DNA from: Dudresnaya verticillata
Lineage: Eukaryota
Direction of reading: 5' to 3'
DNA: 64,000 bases
Assembly: GCA_977862235.1 (NCBI GenBank)
Contig: OZ374557.1
Coordinates: 124,001-188,000 of the forward strand
Below the pieces are notes generated by a model. The model was not told the DNA's origin, made no database searches, and saw only the letters and a program-made list of their open reading frames with translations. Numbering within the stretch: the stretch's first letter is position 1; the number at the start of each line of letters is the position of its first letter. Positions 50,220 to 63,000 of this stretch are shown here, piece by piece. The position numbers were made by a program, and so were the translations under genes.

Positions 50220-52065
50220 GGTGCGTGTCGTACGAGCAAACACATCATCACAACCACCCAGACTTAACACTGGGAAGTGCGGGAAAGTTCGGAAAATGCC
50301 AACTTACTACTGACGCTGGGTGACCCAACGTCTACAAGTGTGCATTGCTGTGTACATCACTGTTGACAACCTGTTGTGGTGGGCAGTGTGATGTAAACAC
50401 TTGCCTTAAAAAGAATGGGTTTCGCTTGGACGGAAACGAAATGCTTTCGCTTCCCACACCTTGCTGGAACGCCATTTGATTTCAGAAACCGACGTTTGGT
50501 CAGTATCAACCGGTACCCAACATACCCACGCCCCGTAATCTCCTTACTCTTACGGCGATGCCACGCGGAAAAACTTTGAGACGCTCACTGACCACTCCGA
50601 TAGGGGGATACTTCTCCGCTCCCTCTGCGAGAAGAGTAATATTAATGGAGCCGCAAAAGCCAAGGTATTACGCTCCAGCCTCACCCACAAGCTCATATTG
50701 GACCGGTACAATCCTGCATCCATTCGTAACCGGTTGAACAATCTAAAGCGTGAATTCAACATGATAAGTAAGCCTATTTCCCTACTGTCTGCATTGTATT
50801 CCAAAATGCCTATCTGACCAAGTTGTTTTCTGCCGGTCAAGATGACCAAAATACTAGTCCCCGTGTAAGCGAAGAGACAGGATTTGCAACCAAACCACCG
50901 CGTTTTGAGGAGGAGTTGGAAGAGGAGAACGACCGTGATGACACCCATGAAGTCACTACGACAAAAATGGGCTTCATACTTCCCCTGGTCATGTCACGTT
51001 GGAAGCATTCTGCTCGCATAAACGAAATGGTGACCGTTCGCGTGCTTCTACCGATTGGTGTGCGGAGAGGCGCGCTCTGTCCTCCCTTCAATTGCACTCA
51101 AAATCCCTCATCCTACAGTATCACACACTCAAGAACGGGTTTCGCCGGGGGTGCTGGGCCAGAGAATTGCTGCGCATTCTGTTGTTTCTCATGAGTGTGA
51201 ATGTTTGCCAATTTTCTAGGAACTTTAGTCTCTAGGACCAATGGAAGTAGATCCTACACTTCCTAAACTGCACATCACGTGTAATGATAGTATAAAATTC
51301 CACTTGTTCAAGAGAAAAGGAGAAACAGAAGGGGAAAGAGAGGCCGCAAGTCTTCCTTTGAAGAGTCACTGTCGGTCTCCAATCCCAAACAAAGCGGGCA
51401 CTTCTTCCACACACCCTTCTCCACTAAACTGAAACCCACCACTTCCACATCTCTCTCACCAACGACTTACGTTCATGAACCTGCTTGCAACAGGGAAACC
51501 TCCCCCGTAGCTCTCATTGCTCTAAATATCGAGGGGAAGCATTGTCCACCAACTGACATACATTCACAGATGATTTCAAAAATGTCCGATTCAAGTTGTC
51601 CCTCTAGTGCGCGAAAAGAAGGTCTCGAATAGAAAATGAGGCCGCTAAAAGGTTCCAGAAACCTCGATACGTTATCCCGCGGTGGCAAAGGAGCCCGTCT
51701 ACTAGAAAGCCGACCACTTTTGATAAATGAGTCCAGTCCCTGATCACCATTTACAAAGTTCGTTTCCGTTAAACGTGGCAGCGGAATCAACATGTTGAGA
51801 GTGCCTTAAGAGCGACAGATGATTTACGTTTCATAGTACTCACCGCTGGCAGTGCTCCAAGGCCCGAAACAGAATAGACCATCGAGATTATTCCGCGCGT
51901 ACTGTCGGCTACCTTCATTCGCATCGGAAGAATAGCTTTCCCAGCAGCCTGCCAGTTCTCCTACACAACATCTCACGAGCCCGTGGGGCACATGCCCCGA
52001 GTCGTAACAGAGCAGATGCCAAATTTAGGCCAAGCACTCTTCCTTTTTGTTTTCCTTCACTTGAT

Positions 52066-52434
52066 TTGGAGCGGAGTATGCGGGTAAGGGCGGTGGGCAT
52101 GAGCTCCAGGAGGATAAAGATGTCGCCGAATTGGTCGCGACCAGGGGGTAGAGGGACGCCTTTGATGGAGACGATGTTATCGTGTACCTTGAGCAGACAG
52201 AAAATTTTGAGCTCGCGAAGGGTGCTTATGATCTCCGTGGCCTTCTAGAAGACGCGCATGATGCGGTTTACGACCCGTTTCTACATTGATGGCAGAGAAT
52301 ACTACGCAATAGATTCCCTCTCCGAGGACCTGTTCAACGCGGTACTTGTGCTCCAACAACGGCGGGAGGAAACGTTCCTCCATAAGGCGGTCCAGGAGGC
52401 GGCGACGCTCATCATCCGTTGATGGGCGCTGCAT
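52066..52434 (-). pseudogene. MAP kinase N-lobe fragment
   Basis: YRVEQVLGEGIYCVVFSAIN.ETG, then after a frameshift RIMRVF*KATEIISTLRELKIFCLLKVHDNIVSIK..LPPGRDQFGDIFILLELMPT; no catalytic loop follows. Confidence 0.8.
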
Positions 52435-53429
52435 GGCTTGTTACCAACGCGGGGTGCGTCCTTGTCGTCGCGGACTCTGCGTCTTCTTCTCTCCTGCCCG
52501 AGCGGAGAGCACTCACACGCATCAAAAACGGCTCCGTGTCCCACGCACCCCAGACGTGCAAAGCGTGATGCAAAGTCAAAGTCACCGCACAGCAAACGCT
52601 GTACCGGCCAAGCTGAGGGCTTGAGACGAGTGTGTAGTCGAATATATGCAGGGCGCAGCGGGATGGGGGATGGGGGAGGGTAAGACACAACGTGCGAGGG
52701 TTCGATGGAAAACGGTCGGGGCGCGTTCGATGGATTGTTACGCTCTGCGGGTAAAAGGGGTATATATCATAATGAATTAAGAGAAAGATTTCGTGCACAA
52801 GCTCTGGTTTTGTTCTCTTTATGCGTGGAGCACGATAAATCCCTCTGCACCCATTAATATTACGTGGTAGGGTATGGACATGAGGCTATGTTTGGACGCC
52901 CAGCGTTAACGGTGGCCCAATTGGGGTTCTGTGCCGACTGAAGTGTACTTGGAATGCAGTCCCGGGGTTCGGGTTTTCTGTTTTCGCAGTATGGAATATA
53001 TGTAAACTTCTGACCGAAACGTTACGAACTTGTCATCGGCACCGGTAGAACCGAACATTCATAAATAATTTATTGGCATAGCGTGTGGGTGGCTAACTTG
53101 CCCCCCCCGCGCCTTTCAACCGCCGTCATGTGCAGGCGAGCGCGTCCGGAGTGAACTCACGAGCACAACACCATCCGAAAGACGTCTTTATTCTATTCTT
53201 GTTACCATCAAACGACGTCTCTGCGAGCCGTTCCCCGAACAAGCTCCGCTACTCACCCCGCTGCCGTCGACATGGGGCCGCCGCACCAACAACGAGGTCG
53301 TCAATCTCGTCAACTCCAAAGACGACTCCTTCGGGTTCCCTTGACGGCGACGTACTGCAGGAAGGTGTCGTGGCCGGGGTCATTGTCGCAGGAAATAAAT
53401 TGCTGCTCTCTTAGTCCGCACAAATGCCG

Positions 53430-53910
53430 GTTATAGTGCGAGTTAGAATTCGTACTATATTCGCACTGCAGTGCGGATATCAGTGCGAACTAAAATACGA
53501 ATCAATTCGAATTGAACACAGGGCATAAGTTCTCCGGCCGGTAGAGTCCAGACGCCTTCCTTCTACAAAGAATGGTACTCGAATCTGAGCTCTTCTCGAA
53601 CCCAGCAATGTGACAATTCAGAAACCTAACTTCGGGCTTCAGCATTCTAGCTTTAACTTGCAACTAGAAAAGCGAATAGTCGCATTTTTCTCGGTTTTTA
53701 TATATTTCAAACCCCTATTGAAGAGCTAGAATCGAATCTTGTCCCAAAGCGACTCACTCTACACGAATACAAGATAGACTACCTCATTTTATTCGTGCCA
53801 AACCTTTCTGTTTCCCTAATTATAACGTCTCTACAGGAAAATCAATATTTCGATTCTTCGCAATTCGCACTGCGATTCGCACTCAGATTCACACACGATT
53901 CGCACAGCGA
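53430..53910. repeat. AT-rich segment flanked by clusters of ATTCGCAC / GTGCGA motifs; possible non-autonomous DNA transposon
   Basis: About 5 copies at 53435-53490 and 4 copies at 53863-53907. Confidence 0.4.
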
Positions 53911-54188
53911 TGCGTGTCGTTCATTTGCATGTATTTCGCCCAAACATTCCGAAAATGCAAAGGAACGTTTCTCAGCATCGGAGCTGTCCGCAGCTTCTGC
54001 AGTGTAGAGCTCCAGACAGGCGCTGAGTGGCGCCAGTAAAGTGGGCGTTCGTATCATTCTGTCGAGTAACAGCGACAACAGTCGTCGCCCGCGTCGAACC
54101 GCTCCGCCCCATCGCACACGTGCGGACCGCGGCATGGCCCTCGCTTCGTATCTACACCTCTTCTCAAACAATCGGCTGTTGTGAACAT

Positions 54189-54534
54189 TGTTGCAATACA
54201 ACTCCATTAGTTGTTTGACATATAGGATATATGTTACAATTGTATAAACTTGCTTCCCTGCTGAAGCATCCAAGTGGAAATCGATAGAAGCAGTTATTGT
54301 ATCCTTGTCATACAAGAGATCATCTGAATATAGTGTATGCGTAGCTGTTAAGGAAAAGGTAAGTGCAATAGAGTATCCCTAGTATTAGCTAGCTGGGTAT
54401 AAATAGAGGCTGGGAGTAGTGCCTCTGATAAACTAGGTATCTGATCACGGACATAGTGAAGAGATCTACCATTTATCCAAAACCTACGAGAGAGTGCCCT
54501 ATAACTTCTCTAAAGTAATTACTTTGTTGCAACA
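54189..54534 (+). repeat. LTR (346 bp) of a further retroelement, D
   Basis: TGTTGCAA...TTGCAACA termini; TATAAATA at 54398; a gag-like ORF starts 40 nt downstream. Confidence 0.7.
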
Positions 54535-54574
54535 GTAGTAAGCAGTTCTGTTCACTTTTCGAAGTACTGGGTTT

Positions 54575-55375
54575 ATGGTAAGAACCAGGCAAACCAACTA
54601 CGATGTTGACCCGGAAACGCATCACGCTGACATGGTGGAGGATAATAATGCAACTTCCGTTGAAAGGAAGTCTACGGTTTTTGAGACACTAGCTTATCCT
54701 TTATTGAGAAGTGGAGACCCAATGAAGGTAGCCGCATTTTTACGAGAAAGAGCAAGATATGAATTAGAAATCGTTCAACGGAGAAAAGAAGTGCCTACTA
54801 TGACAGTCGCCTCTTATGCTGTCTCGGTGGATCGTATTTTGCTGGAGAATATGATAACAGTGGGTGCGTTGCGTTAGATATTATCGCCCCTGGTGTGTCT
54901 ATTGAAGAAATTACAGATGCTCAGATAGAAGCATATGTAAAGAGTATTGTGACAAGACGCGAAGGGGAAGAAGTTGACCCAGCTATGATTGAAAAGGCCG
55001 TCGAGAACGTCCGAATGCAGATGGACATAGAAGATCCCTCCGCTCGCATATTGGAATTTGCTAACACGTTCTTTAAAAATTAGAAGGTGTTGGATACGCT
55101 ACGTTCAAGACTGAAAATCCGAAGAAAACTATTGCCCGCTTGCAAGAGCTCCTTTACCCCAAGCTGCTGATATATACCATGGCCTCTCACCTTGAATATA
55201 AGGAGGGATTAAAGAAAGATTTAAAGGCTTATGTAAAGCTGCTCTGTCAAGAAGCGAAGATATGTGATCGAAAAAATGGAGGAAAAATCTAAGAAGTCAA
55301 AAGGAGCAAATGCAAGTGGTGCCGCGGTTAACAACCCGGATAAAAAGAAAAATGGTTCACATAAAAGTGAGAAGG
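54575..55375 (+). pseudogene. gag: gag-like ORF of element D, interrupted by element C
   Basis: ORFs 54575..54877, 54895..55083 and 55264 onward; cut at the C LTR terminus (55376). Confidence 0.55.
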
Positions 55376-56220
55376 TGTGGTATAACGAAAACGAAGTCCA
55401 CGGAGACGCGGGGAAGTCTCGCACTGTAAGCGAATGGCCTCGGAGCCTAGCGAATGGCCTCGTAGCCTAACGGAGAAACGAAAAGGGGTGGTAGCGTGGT
55501 AGAGCAGAGCGACCAACACGAAGGACCACGGTGTCAACGTATTCGTGTGCGGAAGGGAGAACTCGAGCGATCGATCACCGGGGATGACTCCGGGTGCGCG
55601 AGGCTATCGAAAGCGAGGCTCGACCGTATCCGCGGTCACGAAGACGAAGACACCGAACTCGAAGTAACAGCGTTTACCGAAGACTCCGAGGTCCGGGCGC
55701 TGGTCGCTTACCGGAAACCCTCGGAGGTTGTGCCAGACGACTGGCTACTAAGTAGTACTACGTGAGCACGAATGCGCGTCAACTCGGGAGACGGTTCGTA
55801 CTCGAATGATTCGTAACGGCCTCGGTGCCAGCGAACGGTCGCGTCACGTATGGTGGCGGTTGCGAAGTGCGCCAGCGATGCATACGGAGGTGCGCGTGTC
55901 TCGTGGGCTCCGGTGCCGTTACGCGCGGGAAACAACGGGAAAGTCACGAAGGTGTCAGCGGTTTCGTATCGGGTGCGCACTGTAATGCGAATGCCATCGT
56001 GGCGCGCGCGATCACGAAGTCGGATCGGGATTCCCCCGAAGGTGTCAGCGATTTCGTATCACGTGCGTGCTGTAATGCGTATGCCATCGTGGCGCGCGAA
56101 CTCGCTGTAATACGTTTGCCATCGTGGTGTGCGCATTCACGGAGTCATTTCAAAATTCGTATTTCTTGATTACTTTCACGTAGGCCACGGAGTCATTTCA
56201 CGAATAGCGTCTATACCACA
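55376..56220 (-). repeat. 3' LTR of element C (845 bp)
   Basis: Termini TGTGGTATA...TATACCACA; PPT is adjacent; internal 90-bp-period repeat at 55947-56125. Confidence 0.9.
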
Positions 56221-56237
56221 CGGCCCCCTCCTCAAGA
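56221..56237 (-). promoter_or_regulatory. Polypurine tract of C
   Basis: Minus strand reads TCTTGAGGAGGGGGCCG followed by the LTR TG. Confidence 0.85.
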
Positions 56238-56837
56238 GCGAACGTCCCGGTCGCGGGTTACGAATTACGAAATGGCGTGGCCCGGTTTCCTTCGGTGGAG
56301 CGCGGATGGAGCCATCCGAGTGGCGGCGCGGAGACTGCTTCGAACTCACGTCGTCGCGCAGCGGTGCCTCGGGGCTTACGAATTTGAACTCGGATCACGT
56401 GTGCGATGGCGCCTTCGTATTGGCTAATCACGAAGATATTTTTGTTCGTACGTAGAACGGGTTAGGGCTGCGGCGCCGTCCGTCGACGCGTGCGCGCGCG
56501 GATCACGGAGACGGGGCGCGAGCCGCGTGGGCTATTTCAACTTCGTGTTGGGCTGGGTCCGAGCCCCTTGCTTCTCCGTTCAACGCGCACACGCACAACT
56601 CGCTGCAGCTCCTTGGCTTTCGGTCTTCGCGGTCCGTTTGCTCCTTCGTGTGCGCTGGTGCGTCCTTTCGCGTCTCTTTGCGTATCGTTCGCTCCACTCC
56701 GTGGCGTTCGTGTTGTTGCTTCGTTGGCCTCGGTGGTTTGCGGTGGTCGGTTGCGGGTCGTGGGTCTCGGTGTTGGGGCAAGTGTTGCGCGTCCTCCGTG
56801 GGTTTCGGTTTTTTTCCGTGACGAGCTTCGCGTAACG

Positions 56838-58856
56838 ATGTCGGACACGGGTCACGAAGAGGGAACCGGGTCCCAGGCAAAACATGCGGAGGGCGTTCGT
56901 CGCCGCCTCGATGACGAGCTCGCGGCTGCTACGGCGGGTCAGTTGGCTCCGAAGCCTTCGGATCCTTCTTCGGATGCTGCGGGCCCTTCGGGTGGTGACT
57001 CCGAATACGTACCGCGGACTCTCGCGATTCCACACGTTGTGGATATCGGGGCCTCGGAGTCAGCGGGGATCACGGATCGCGATAGCCCGCCGTTCGTAAG
57101 TTCGGGCGGCTCGAATCCGCAATTCTTGAATCGTGGTTGACAGCCGAGTGCTTCGTTGGGTCCTCCGAAATTCGGGACAAAGGATGAGAGTGCCCCGAGG
57201 CTTCCGTCTGCGCAGCTGCACTTCGCGTGGGACGAGTTCGCGGTCTCCGGAGTTACTCACGAAGAGGTTGCTGCCTACGATGGCCGTGTTCGTCCGGATC
57301 TCGTTCGCTTTCGTGTACTGTGCGAGGGTCGTGACGATAACGGAGCTGGCGTATTTCACGTATTCTGGCCCCGTGGCCCCGTGTATCCGACTCCGATGGT
57401 TCTGCCGTGCGACGTCTCCTACGTGACCACGGTTGACGAGGTCGCTTACGTAGATGCGTGCGCGCACGTGCTCCTGGCACCGGGTGCGGGTATCTCCGTG
57501 GACTCTCCGGTGGTTGCGATTACTCGCTTTCGTGATTATCCGGAGTTCGAGTCTGCCGCGAGAAACGTATGGCGTCACGTGGACTCGATTTCGCGCATCC
57601 TCGGAGTGCACATCGGTGCCGGAGACTGGGCGCTATTCCGTGGCGCGGGCTCGATGCCTGATCGCGTGGATACGAATTCGCGTCTCGATGATCGCGTGCC
57701 TCTGAGCATGTTTGCGAGTTCGTTCTGGCTCGATGCTTTGTGTATTCGGGCCCCCGCGGGCTTAGTCGTGCCACCTCCGAGGGTGATTCGTTATTTCGGG
57801 CTCGTGGTCGACCTGTTCGCAGAACCTTCGAAGAAGTGCTTCGTGCGTTTCCGGGCTTCCGAATATCGCTTCGAGCTTGGTCGCGCGTTGATTTCGGATG
57901 TCACGCAGCGACAATACGTATGGGTGCTCGATGCTTCGTTGCGTAGTCTCGTTCGTGATCGTTGGTCGAAGTCGTTCTCCGAGGATGGCGGGTATCCGGA
58001 TCTTTCGCTCCAGGGCTCGGATCGCGCGATGCCGTTCACGAAGATACTCGCGATTGCCATCGAGGCTGCGGATCGGAGGGAGCTCCAGTCGACGCGTCGC
58101 GATTTTCCGACGGGACAGTGGTCCCAATTGGTCGGACACGACGTGGGCTCCGGGGCCTGGTTCGATTGGCGCCACAACCGTCCGTCACGAGGAGGGCGCG
58201 GTCCGCGAGGTGATCCGTTTTCGCATCCGAGTGCCGCGGTTCGTGCCATGGGAGGCGAGGTTGGTCCGTTGCCGCGCGTTCCTCGTTCTGTAGCTCCGGT
58301 TCCTTTGTCGCCGCTGACTCCGGGGTCATCGCTTGGCACTGGGGCCGTCGCGTTGGTGCCGAGCACTTCTGGGTCTTCGATCGCCAGTCTCGAGATGCGC
58401 TGTCCTACGGATATTCGCAGTCTCGACTCCGTGAGCGATGCGTGTCGCGAAGCGGGCATCTCCCCCGATGGGACCCTTCGACAACTGCTGGACGATCTCG
58501 GCGGAAGTTTCCTTCGCGCGGTTACGGAGGTGAGTCGCCTTCGTACGCAGCTTCGTGATCGGGATGCGGAGAAAGCGGGCCTTCGTCATCGTGTTCGCGA
58601 CCTCGAGTTGAGCGGTAAGCGTCGGCGCGAAGATTACGGTTACCCGAGTTACGATGCTCCGCGTTACGGGTCTGGCTCCGGAGGCCCTTTTGGCTTCGGA
58701 CCCAGCGGTGGCGACGGTTACGATGGTCACCGCGGACAATCGCAGACATCGGATCCGTATGCGCCGAACTTTCTTCGCGTGACTCGAGATGAAAACGGAA
58801 ACGATCCTCGTGATAATCCGCCTTACGAATCCGCAGACCCGTATGGTCGCTCGTAA
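56838..58856 (+). CDS. Antisense accessory ORF of element C (~672 codons, one in-frame TGA at 57138)
   Basis: ORFs 56490..57140 and 57156..58856 are in the same frame; ATG at 56838; globular core, coiled coil and G/Y/S-rich tail. Confidence 0.7.
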
Positions 58857-60072
58857 TTGTACGTAGTGTTAGCACCGAGGCTTTCTCTTTTAGGTTCGTA
58901 GCTGCGTGTTTTCTCGTTTTCGGTATCGAGCTCCTTGTTCTCGGAGTTCACGGTGGCGGGGTCTCGGTCTCGTGGTATCGTTCCGAGTAAACGTTTTTCT
59001 CTTCCTCGACTTTTTCTTTTTGCCTCGTAGTGATAGTTACGTAGTTGTTGGCGTCGTAGTGTAGCGTTAGCTTCGTAGCTTCTCGTAAACGAGCTTCGTG
59101 CTCAAGTGTGCGAATTTGGAACTCGTTCGTGGCGCGGCTTCGTTGCTCTCGACTCCGTGGTCTACGTGAAGCGTGTTTCCTTCGCGTAGATGAGTCATCG
59201 AGACTTCGTGAGATATGCGTGCACGGCCCCCTCCTCAAGACGAAGGCGTCCGCGCCGACGTGCTTGGGGGGGTTGGTGGCGGATACGTGCTCCTCGGAGA
59301 GCTGCACGGGTGTTGCGATGACAATTGCGTGAGCTCCGGGGCTGGCGCGTGCGAGCTGCTTCGGGGGCGCATCGGTGCGGGCGGAACGTATGCGTAAAGG
59401 GGCGCCGAGGCCATGCGAGGGGATTGCGCTTGGCGACAACGGGGACTCCGTGGTCGTTGCGAAGGCGAGTCGTAACAAGTGAGCTCCGTGTCGCAAGTGA
59501 GGCGCGGGTTGCGAAGTCGAAGTGCGCGTTGCGGGTGGCATCGGCCTCGAAGTATGACGTCAGGCGCGTATGACAAATTACGGATAGGACACCGTGTCCG
59601 TCCGTCCATCGCGGTGTCAGCCCCTGTAATGCGAGTGCCGCGGTGCAACCGGGTGCACGCGGTGCGCCTTTGTCGAATATCACGAAGCTCGTGGGACGCA
59701 GTGTGTGTCCACCGCCGCAGCAGTGGGCGCACCCGTCGCGAAACGGAACGCTGCCGACAGCGTGAGAAGCGACTTCGTGTGGGCATCGGCGTTTGCGGAC
59801 ACGGCGATGCGGAGTGAGATTCGTGATGCTGCCGAGGGCTGCGTTTTCATGTGCGGGGTGGCGGCCATCTGCTACGAGGCATCCGTGTGTGTCGGGGCTG
59901 TGGTCGTGCGCAGCGAAGGCGCGTCGTGAAATACGGAGTCGAGTCACGAAGTTGGGCCGCGATGTCGAGTAGCACGAAGTTGGGCCGCGATGTGCGCCGA
60001 GCGGCACTGGGCGATCGGATGCTCCGAGGCAATCGAAAGGAGCCGTTTCGTAGTCAGCCCGTGGTGGGAGCG

Positions 60073-63000
60073 TTAATCGTCCGACGAATCGCGGAGCACG
60101 AAGTCGGGGCCACGAAACCATTCGGGGTCCCAGTCGGAGAGCCATTCGTGGGCGAGTAGCACGGGATCACGCGGGTCCGCTTGGCTTCGAAGCCGTGCGA
60201 AGTAGCGCGACACGAGTTCTTCGGGCACGTGCGTACGAGATTCCCACGTAGGCGTCGCGTAGCCGTCCCATTTGATACGAAACACGAATTTTCCGGCGTC
60301 GTTGGTCGAGTGATCGAGGATGCGATCGACAACGTATTCGGGGCCTTCGGTGACCTTTTCCGCAATGTCTTCGGGTCGCGTAATCGACGGTCGCGAATTC
60401 GTAGGTGGTGGCGCGTAGATGCAGCGGTCCGCGGAGACGCGTTCAACGAGGCCCTTGCGATCGATGACGAGTGTTCGCGTGTAGTTGAAGAGCACTTTGT
60501 ACGGCCCCTCCGCGGGGGATTTCAACTTCGGGAGTTTCGTTTTCCCATCGTGGGTATCGAGGTACACGTAGTCTCCGGGTTTGACGCGGCTCTTCGTGTG
60601 GCGGATGCGCTTATCGAAGTCGCGTTTGTAACGATTTTGAACGCGCTGTAACGAAGTGCGTGCGGAATCGATGGCGAAATCGAGTCGCTTAACGAAACCG
60701 TTGCGAACGTCCTCCATGGGTTTTGGTCGATGCTTCCGGGAGCGATGTTTCACGGTGAACTCGGGCAGCGGTCGCGATAAAACGAGATTGAACGGAGTTG
60801 TCTTCGTAGACCGATGAACGTGGCAATTGTACGAATACGTTAACGCGGAAACGTAGCGGTCCCAATCGTTTTGGTGGTCGTTCACGTAGTTACGAAGCAT
60901 CACGAGGATAGTGCGGTTATAGCGTTCGGTTTGTCCATTCGTTTGCGGATGATACGCGGAAGTGAATACGTTCGATAACCCGAGTAAGCGACAGAAGCCC
61001 TGAAAGAACTTCGAAGTAAACTGTTTCCCGTTATCCGAGAGCACCTAGGCTGGCGGTCCGTATTTGAATATCCAAACTTCGCAAAAGGCAACGGCCACGT
61101 GATACGCGGTTATTACTCGTAGTGTGGCCACCTGGGTCAACTTCGTAAAGCGATCCGTAATCACGAGAATGAACTTGCGTCCGGATTTCGTTCGTGGCAA
61201 CGGGCCTAAGATGTCAATCGCGACCGATTCGAGTGGGCGCGTAGCGGGGAAGAGCTTCAAGCGATGAAGATTCCTTCGGAGACGGATTCGATTCCTTGCG
61301 CAATGTTTGCAGTTACGAACCGTGGATGCGATATCGGCGGCCATGTAAGGCCAGTAATACGTTTCACGAAGCGAGTAGAACATACGATTTTGCCCCGGGT
61401 GGCCAGCGAGTAACGAATGATGCGCCAGCGTGAGCAAGCGAGGTCGGAGCGTCTCGGGCAATACGATTTGCGTTAGCTTCGGAATCGTTGGGTGCGTTCG
61501 TCGCAGCAGACCGTCTCCATCTTCGTGGAAGAGACTATCCTTCGTTTTCGATTGTCGTGATTGCACCGTTTGGCAGAACGAATCAATACGTTGTCCTTCG
61601 AGGATTTCGGTTACCGTAATCGGCGCAGGGAGGTCCACGGGTTTCACGTCGGTGAGGTCACTCGGTTCTTCGTTGGGATCAATTCGATAAAGATCAAACG
61701 GATCATCGTCATCGATACCGTCCCATAAGTCGCAGTCATCGTAGACATCGTTTTGGTCTGAGTATTCATCACGTAGTTCTGCGTCGTGTTCGTGTTCGCA
61801 GCCTTCGTGGCACGTATGATTGTGGGGTTCGGAACCCGTGGTGACCGCCGTGGGTCGTGGCGTATTGCCTGCTCGGTGTACGCGTTTCGCGGGTGTAGTA
61901 TTTCGCGTAGATTCGTGGCGAATCGCGGTGGTCTTCGATTGACATTTGCGGGATCGCGTAGTAATGAGAACCGGGTCTCTTTCGTTTTCGGTGGTTTTCT
62001 TGATGTCGTTGCGGAAACGTTCTTCGTTCTTCGCTGCGATTTGATCCGAGTCAAACGTAGGAACTTCGTCGTCGATTGCGGGTTGTTCGTGATGCGGAAG
62101 TAGCAATCGCGAGAGGGCATCGGGAATCTGGTGGACGCGACCGGGGCGATACACGATTTCGAAGTCGAATTCGGCTAAGCGAAGCCTCCATCGCGTGAGT
62201 CGCCCGGACGAATCGGTGAGAGAAAGAAGCCATCGGAGCGCATCGTGGTCCGTACGCACGGTGAACCGGGTCCCTTCGATATACGGACGCAACGAAGTAA
62301 CCGCCCATACGACTGCGTAGCATTCGCGCTCGGTTGCGGAGTAGTTCTTCTCGGCATCGTTTAACGAATACGACCAGTAGCCCACGGGTTGGAATTCTTC
62401 GTTATCTTGCCCCTGTAGCAACGCGCATCCGAGTTGATACGCAGACGCGTCTGTATCGATAATGTAATGTTTCCCGAGTTGCGGTAACCGTAGTATCGGC
62501 GGTGACACGAGCTTCCGTTTGAGCGTTTCGAATGCGGTAACCTGATCCTCCGTGGGATTCTCGTAGTCGGGATCCGCGTCCTTTCGCGTCATGTTCGTCA
62601 ATGGTCGCGCAATTTTCGCGAAGTCTTTCACGAATCTTCGGTATATGTTACACGCGCCGAGGAACGAACGGACTTGCGTGAGTGTCTTCGGGAACTTCGC
62701 GTATCGGAATGCTTCGGAGCTCTTCTCGGCCATACTCAGCTTCCCCGGGGAAATTACGTGTCCGAGATAGTCGACTCGCTTTCGGAAAAGGAAGCACTTC
62801 TTCATCTTGAGCGAAACCCCGGAGTTACGAAGTAGCGTGAGAACTTGATCGATATGCGCGATGTGTTCACGAAGATTTGCGGAGAAAACGATCACGTCAT
62901 CGAGGTAAACGAGACAGCACTGCCAACGGACTCCGGATAGAATGATATGGAGTGCGCGTTGAAACGTAGCGGGTGCGTTTTTCAATCCGAAGGGCATACG

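Noticed and set aside
50250..52060. Degenerate ORF fragments right of the Copia element
   Set aside because: Many stops and no motif I can support.
56838..58856. Antisense ORF as an env gene
   Set aside because: Wrong polarity and no visible signal peptide or transmembrane segment.
61045..61047. TAG in C integrase as programmed readthrough
   Set aside because: It lies within the catalytic core just before SDNG, where A and B have sense codons; a nonsense mutation is more likely.
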